From a virus (Duplodnaviria; Heunggongvirae; Uroviricota; Caudoviricetes), in the IMG/VR virus record IMGVR_UViG_2690316243_000002: a DNA stretch of 12,776 nt, one strand, 5' to 3'. Both the position numbers and the translations under genes were made by a program. The first letter of the stretch is position 1, and the number at the start of each line of letters is the position of its first letter. Positions 8,478 to 12,776 of this stretch are shown here, piece by piece. Below the pieces are notes generated by a model, which worked only from the letters and a program-made list of their open reading frames with translations, was not told the DNA's origin and did no database searches.

Positions 8478-8702
8478 AAAAAGAACAAATGGTAGTGTCC
8501 GCTATTGCCAGTACACCTCACACTCTATCCAACAAACCACCCACAGTTAATCGGAATAAAAGCAGAGTGCTTATGAATGATCGCACGCCCGAAGGTTAGT
8601 ATTTCTGCACAGCAATTTTGCAAAAAAAGGCGATCATTCATAACTTAAACGTCTTTCAGTCACTCCGGGATTTCCCATCATCGCAGACTGAAAGACTCTG
8701 AC

Positions 8703-8777
<75 letters not shown>

Positions 8778-8780
8778 ATA

Positions 8781-8856
<76 letters not shown>

Positions 8857-8858
8857 GC

Positions 8859-8935
8859 TGGCCCACCACCGAGGACTCGAACCTCGCACCGTCAACTTAG
8901 AAGGTTGATGCTCTATCCGGATGAGCTAGTGGTGG
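8859..8935 (-). tRNA. tRNA-Arg (anticodon UCU), copy 2
   Basis: Identical to 6220..6296 (offset 2639). Confidence 0.8.
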
Positions 8936-8936
8936 T

Positions 8937-9013
8937 TGGTGGCCCTTGCTGGACTTGAACCAGCGACCTGGCGATTATGAGTCGCTCGCTCTGACCAACT
9001 GAGCTAAAGGGCC
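8937..9013 (-). tRNA. tRNA-Ile2 (anticodon CAU), copy 2
   Basis: Identical to 6298..6374 (offset 2639). Confidence 0.75.
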
Positions 9014-9022
9014 GGAGGCAGA

Positions 9023-9051
9023 ATAATAACCATATGTCATCACATCTGCAA
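9023..9051 (-). promoter_or_regulatory. candidate sigma70 promoter of tRNA array copy 2
   Basis: Same TTGCAG-17-TATTAT element as 6384..6412, inside the repeat. Confidence 0.45.
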
Positions 9052-9101
9052 ACTCATCTGACCACCAGCACGTTTAACGTCCTGTGCCGTTTTTCAGGTA
9101 T

Positions 9102-9124
9102 AAAAAAACCCGCTCATCGGCGGG
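9102..9124 (-). terminator. intrinsic terminator downstream of the ORF6N-domain gene
   Basis: Minus strand CCCGC-CGATGA-GCGGG followed by TTTTTTTATACC (plus cccgc 9109-9113, gcggg 9120-9124, A-run 9102-9108). It shares the T-run and stem arms with the 6461..6484 terminator; only the loop differs. Confidence 0.6.
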
Positions 9125-9202
9125 TTTAAGCTGTGTGGCGTAGTAACCACTCTTAACAGGATATTCAACTTTTTACGATCGTAAAGTTTTCGGAAAAAAT
9201 TT

Positions 9203-9766
9203 TTAAAACCGCATCAACCGCTCCACCAGTTGCTCTTTACGGGCAACGATCCACCCGTGTTGCTCCAGATAAAATTTAAACCGTTCCAGAGTACATACCA
9301 TCGCATCGGCGGGTACCTTTTCCGTGAACTCAACCTGACCGTGTTTATCGAAGTGGCTCAGTAATGCGCATCCATCATTTTCGATAGATGTGTTTTGTGC
9401 CGCTGGTGGCTGTTTCTGGTTGAAATAACAGTCTTCCAGTTTTTCGAACACTTCCCACGCCTGATCGGTTTCGAGCATTTTGGCGTGACGGGCTGCGCCA
9501 CGTTCTGTCCAGAGGATGAGGGAGCGAACGTTACGGGCAATTTTCACAGAAACTCTTAAAGAGTTTTCGTTCTTCAACTCTCGTAACGCATCACCTTCTA
9601 TCAGGAAAAAATGTTTACCTTCTATAAACCGTTCTTTGTTTCGATTGAAATTGTTTGTCAAACGCTGGCGCTCTGTTCCGTACAAATCAGCCAGCAGCTC
9701 TGTTGTCATGACAGGAAGATGGTTATGCGTAAGTGACGGGAGTTTTTCAATAGACGTGCGATTCAT
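9203..9766 (-). CDS. ORF6N-domain protein (KilA-N/ORF6N-type DNA-binding domain; antirepressor-like), function unknown
   Basis: ORF 9203..9964; the preferred start is ATG at 9766 (MNRTSIEKL...) with AAGGA 7 nt upstream (the alternative ATG at 9772 has too short a spacing). The N-terminal block LPVMTTELLADLYGTERQRLTNNFNRNKERFIEGKHFFLIEGDALRELK matches the ORF6N pattern as recalled; the C-terminal ~70 aa are unassigned. Confidence 0.6.
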   Translation of the reverse strand: MNRTSIEKLPSLTHNHLPVMTTELLADLYGTERQRLTNNFNRNKERFIEGKHFFLIEGDALRELKNENSLRVSVKIARNVRSLILWTERGAARHAKMLETDQAWEVFEKLEDCYFNQKQPPAAQNTSIENDGCALLSHFDKHGQVEFTEKVPADAMVCTLERFKFYLEQHGWIVARKEQLVERLMRF

Positions 9767-9972
9767 AGACATGTCCTTTCGAATATTTTGATTTACCCCT
9801 TTTGAGAGGGTGACCGGGCGCTCAAAACCGTCGAAAGTCGGCGGGCGTATTTCCATTGCTGGTATTGTATTAGCCGCACACCCGGTCATAAACCAAGAAT
9901 TCTGGACACAAAAAAACCACATGGCTATCGGGTGTGGATACCGCTTTCGAGGTGTTTTGAGCACCGCGGGGA

Positions 9973-10001
9973 AATGTAAACTGCAAACCTGAAACTGTCA
10001 A
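9973..10001 (-). promoter_or_regulatory. candidate sigma70 promoter for the ORF6N-domain gene
   Basis: Minus strand: TTGACA (10001..9996), 17-nt spacer, TACATT (9978..9973), about 200 nt upstream of the ATG. Confidence 0.4.
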
Positions 10002-10125
10002 CACCGTCAGGTTCCAATCATCGGGTGGTGAGACGCACAGGGTTGGAACTACCGGGAAACCGACCGGCGAGCTTTTCAGCTCCCCCATGCGCCCCACCAT
10101 AATTCAGATGTGCGCGTGCATACGA

Positions 10126-10150
10126 CAATAAAAAACACGCTCGCGGCGTG
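10126..10150 (-). terminator. candidate tR' (terminator of the short late leader transcript)
   Basis: Minus strand ACACGC-CGCGA-GCGTGT followed by TTTTTTATTG, about 70 nt downstream of the candidate pR'. Confidence 0.55.
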
Positions 10151-10211
10151 TGTCTGTCGCGGTCTCTATCCGGGGTTCCAATCCCGACGCCAGATTTTGC
10201 TGGCGCGTGAG

Positions 10212-10241
10212 GAATATAGCCCCGGACAATGTGTCTGGTCA
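10212..10241 (-). promoter_or_regulatory. candidate late promoter pR' (Q-utilisation region)
   Basis: Minus strand: TTGACC (10241..10236), 18-nt spacer, TATATT (10217..10212), starting 6 nt after the Q stop codon. Confidence 0.5.
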
Positions 10242-10246
10242 AGCAC

Positions 10247-10633
10247 CTACATAATTCGCTCTACGTATCTGTCCATCTCCAGCCGGATATCAAGCATCAT
10301 CAACATGCCATCAATAACCCCTTCCGCTTTCTGCAGGCGCTTGCCAATACAGGTATCCGAACACCCATGTTTCCGTGCCAGACTCATAAAAGTCATTCCA
10401 CCTACGTAATAATCCACCAGCAAATCGTGCAAATCCTGATTTTTCTTGTTCAACCGGGCCATACAGCCACAAATTATCATTGCATCATCATCAGAACACT
10501 GAGGGCGTGATTTCACTTTCGACGGAATTAACCCTTTAAAACCAGCAGCGATCGACGCCCAGGATACATCTTCATGAGTGTTTGCAGCCCAAGCCCCCCA
10601 CCGTTCCATAACCTGCTGAATATCACGCGCCAT
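10247..10633 (-). CDS. late-gene antiterminator Q (QuuD / phage-82-like family)
   Basis: ORF 10247..10654; the preferred start is ATG at 10633 ([34 protein letters not shown]...) with AGGTGA upstream. Resembles E. coli DLP12 QuuD as recalled, with the same RusA-then-Q synteny. Confidence 0.75.
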   Translation of the reverse strand: MARDIQQVMERWGAWAANTHEDVSWASIAAGFKGLIPSKVKSRPQCSDDDAMIICGCMARLNKKNQDLHDLLVDYYVGGMTFMSLARKHGCSDTCIGKRLQKAEGVIDGMLMMLDIRLEMDRYVERIM

Positions 10634-10994
10634 CGTTATCACCTGTGATTTCATAAATCTTCACGCCCAGTCGCCCACCAGGAACGAGCTGACCGCGCAC
10701 AATATTGATTTCATCAAACTGCTCGTCGTCTATGAGTAGTCCGGCATGCGTCAGCGCATCCAGTGGTGCTTTCAGGATATTGTCCAGGTCACGACGGCGC
10801 TTATCCGGTGGCTCTGCAATAATCTTTATCGCCAGCCTTCCGGACAGGTTTAATTTCAGCCGCTGCTGGCGAACAATTAGCGTCACATCACGGCGATAAC
10901 GCTCACCAACTTTTGATACAAAATATGTGCTGCCACGACGTCGCCAGTAAGTATTCACCGTCGGCGGATAAGGTAAAATAAACTCATGGCGCAT
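10623..10994 (-). CDS. rusA: Holliday junction resolvase RusA
   Basis: 123-aa ORF with RusA hallmarks ([14 protein letters not shown]..., [32 protein letters not shown]..., [11 protein letters not shown]). Confidence 0.9.
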   Translation of the reverse strand: MRHEFILPYPPTVNTYWRRRGSTYFVSKVGERYRRDVTLIVRQQRLKLNLSGRLAIKIIAEPPDKRRRDLDNILKAPLDALTHAGLLIDDEQFDEINIVRGQLVPGGRLGVKIYEITGDNDGA

Positions 10995-11236
10995 CAGCGC
11001 AGCACCTCCTGCACCATTTTTTCAAACTTTCCAACTTTGGTTTCCAGCTCTGCCACACAATCAACGAGCTCATCCACCGCTTTTTGTGCGCGATGTTTCG
11101 CCTGCATCAGTTCCCTGAGCGCTGGCACCATATCCCGACGAATGGCATCTTTTGTTACACCTGTTTTTTCCAGTTGTTCCGCCTGTCGCAACATTTCCTG
11201 CGCGTGTTTACGCAATTGTTCAGAGGTAAAAGTCAT
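10994..11236 (-). CDS. hypothetical small coiled-coil protein (nin-region ORF)
   Basis: 80-aa ORF from ATG at 11236 (MTFTSEQLRKHAQEMLRQAEQLEKTG...), charged and helical in character; the longer ORF-track version begins at a TTG overlapping the helicase stop. Confidence 0.45.
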   Translation of the reverse strand: MTFTSEQLRKHAQEMLRQAEQLEKTGVTKDAIRRDMVPALRELMQAKHRAQKAVDELVDCVAELETKVGKFEKMVQEVLR

Positions 11237-11247
11237 TGTCTGGTTGT

Positions 11248-12639
11248 TCAAAAGAAACGCTCCATCTTACTGCTGTCGGTACGTGTATTGCTGTATCTGC
11301 GCGACTGGGGCTGCCGCATTGGGGTGGAAAGAACCTGTGCGCTTTCCTGGTCCACAGGCAGAAAATGTCCGTTATAAAAACGCCGGTAAATCGTCCCCAG
11401 AGAACCGTTACGTTGTTTCGTGATATTAATTTCTGCTATGCCTGTAGCCTGTGTATCCGGGTTGTACACTTCATCCCTGTAAAGCATCAGAATGATGTCT
11501 GCATCCGCCTCTATTTCTCCGGAATTTTTCAGGTCTGAGTTCATGGGACGTTTATTGGGTCTGGACTCCACACCGCGGGAGAGCTGGCTCAGCGCAATCA
11601 ACGGAAAACCACCGGATTTTGCCAGGCCTTTAAGCCCCTTTGAGATTTCACCCACGGCAAGGTCATGACGCCCCGTGGTTCGGGTTTTTATCAGCCCGAG
11701 ATAATCAACCACCACCAGCGCCGTTTCCGGATGTTTAATCAGATGGTGTTTCGTTGTTGCGCATATCTCATCAATGGTCAGGTTCGCCTGGTCCACCATC
11801 CAGATATTGCGCCCGGTCATCCGCCCCACCCCTTGTGAGAAACGCGCCCAGTCTTCATCTTCAAAGTGAGCCACAGATTTCAGGCGTGATACTGGCATCC
11901 CTCCAGCCGCAGACACCATACGTTCACCAATCTGGATGTTCGCCATCTCCATGGTGAACAGAAGCACACCATGCCCCTGCTCAGTCACCTTGTCGATGAT
12001 GTCCAGCGCAAGTTCGGTTTTCCCCATCGAAGGACGGGCGGCAATGAATACCAGGTCTCCGGGCTCCATACCGCCTGTTTTTGCGTCCAGTTCATCAATA
12101 CCGGTCATCAACGTCCTGGATTTCTCCAGCCCCTGATTCCGGCATTCAACACGCTCAACCACTTCCGGAAGCACATCATCAATATGTACCGGCTGAATGA
12201 CGCCCTTTCCTGTCGACAGTGTGACCATCATGTTCTGCGCATCCTTCAGGGCATCTTCAGCTGCTTCACAGGTATGCGCATCACGTAATTTCTGCAGCGC
12301 CTCATTCAGTGTTTTTTCTGCATCGCGCAGTGCGGCATTGCGCCGCAACGCTGCAACATAGTGCTCCAGTGAAGACTTCACCCAGGTTTTACGCCCGGTA
12401 TCAGTAATCACCGGGGCAAGTTCCGGCATCTCATTACACAACAGCACGGGGTCAATCACTCCTGAAACACGGGCCTGTCTGCAGATGCCTGTGTAGATAT
12501 CCCGATACGCTCGTACAGAAAAAATGTCCGCCGGTAGTGTGATCAGAATATCCATCACTTCATGATCTGCCCCACGCAGAAAGAATGCGCCAATGACAGC
12601 GCCTTCCAGGTCATCATTACGCCAGACTGGTGTTGTCAT
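11248..12639 (-). CDS. replicative DNA helicase (DnaB-like)
   Basis: ORF 11248..12660; the preferred start is ATG at 12639 (MTTPVWRNDDLEGAVIGAFFL...) with GAGGTG upstream. Contains Walker A (AARPSMGKT) and the conserved DnaB C-terminal domain pattern. Confidence 0.9.
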   Translation of the reverse strand: MTTPVWRNDDLEGAVIGAFFLRGADHEVMDILITLPADIFSVRAYRDIYTGICRQARVSGVIDPVLLCNEMPELAPVITDTGRKTWVKSSLEHYVAALRRNAALRDAEKTLNEALQKLRDAHTCEAAEDALKDAQNMMVTLSTGKGVIQPVHIDDVLPEVVERVECRNQGLEKSRTLMTGIDELDAKTGGMEPGDLVFIAARPSMGKTELALDIIDKVTEQGHGVLLFTMEMANIQIGERMVSAAGGMPVSRLKSVAHFEDEDWARFSQGVGRMTGRNIWMVDQANLTIDEICATTKHHLIKHPETALVVVDYLGLIKTRTTGRHDLAVGEISKGLKGLAKSGGFPLIALSQLSRGVESRPNKRPMNSDLKNSGEIEADADIILMLYRDEVYNPDTQATGIAEINITKQRNGSLGTIYRRFYNGHFLPVDQESAQVLSTPMRQPQSRRYSNTRTDSSKMERFF

Positions 12640-12776
12640 GCAGCCACACCTCTGATACAAGAACGGTAGCTGGGCCAGTTGAACGACAACCAGTTGCGCC
12701 CCCCGTCTGTGATCCTGTCGGCAATGCGGGGGCTGATGAACGCTGGATTTGCCCCTATATTTCCAGACACCTGTTA
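12636..12776 (-). CDS. 3' end of upstream replication gene (initiator or helicase-loader-like), partial
   Basis: An open frame enters from the window edge and stops at TGA 12636-12638, overlapping the helicase ATG (ATGA); identity inferred from position only. Confidence 0.35.

Larger units (their letters stand above)
7380..8515 (+). mobile_element. IS3-family insertion sequence, 5'-truncated (left inverted repeat and orfA start missing)
   Basis: An orfA C-terminal frame (...EGTLGQWVTAARKG...AELESEILQLRKALNEARLERDILKKATAYFAQESLKNTR*) carries an A7G slippery run at 7572-7579. OrfB follows in the -1 frame with a DDE triad. The right end ...ggtagtgtccgctattgccagtaca (to ~8515) resembles an IS3-type terminal repeat ending in CA. 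The left boundary is approximate. Confidence 0.7.

Noticed and set aside
10986-11538. Plus-strand ORFs of 97-145 aa antisense to the helicase and the small coiled-coil gene
   Set aside because: Cys/Ser-rich translations without start-site context; antisense to conserved genes.
12640-12660. Upstream ATG at 12660 as the helicase start (MYQRCGC...)
   Set aside because: The extension overlaps the upstream gene; the ATG at 12639 has a GAGGTG site and gives an N-terminus typical of DnaB-type helicases.

Overview
Late region of a lambdoid prophage with HK97-type packaging genes, enterobacterial (E. coli/Shigella-like) in character; all phage genes run on the minus strand, so the phage map reads right to left. 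In that order: C-terminal end of a replication protein, DnaB-type helicase, small coiled-coil ORF, RusA resolvase, a QuuD-like Q antiterminator with a candidate late promoter and terminator, an ORF6N-domain gene with its own promoter and terminator, a promoter plus four-tRNA cassette (Ile2/CAU, Arg/UCU, Thr/UGU, Gly/UCC), a 5'-truncated IS3-family element on the plus strand, an N-truncated DUF1364 (YbcO-like) gene coupled to a second Q-like gene, an exact 412-bp second copy of the tRNA cassette, a ~600-bp ORF-free spacer, a phage-21-type lysis cassette (pinholin S, SAR endolysin R, nested Rz/Rz1), HNH endonuclease, a candidate cos site, terminase small and large subunits, a small membrane protein and the portal gene. 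The sequence is draft quality (a 28-N gap inside the holin gene, single Ns at 4396, 5388-5389 and 7382), so apparent gene disruptions may be assembly errors. Protein identities rest on recalled family motifs and synteny, not on any database search. No single obviously novel multi-gene system stands out; the most interesting region is the mosaic Q-to-lysis cargo segment (6063-10241).
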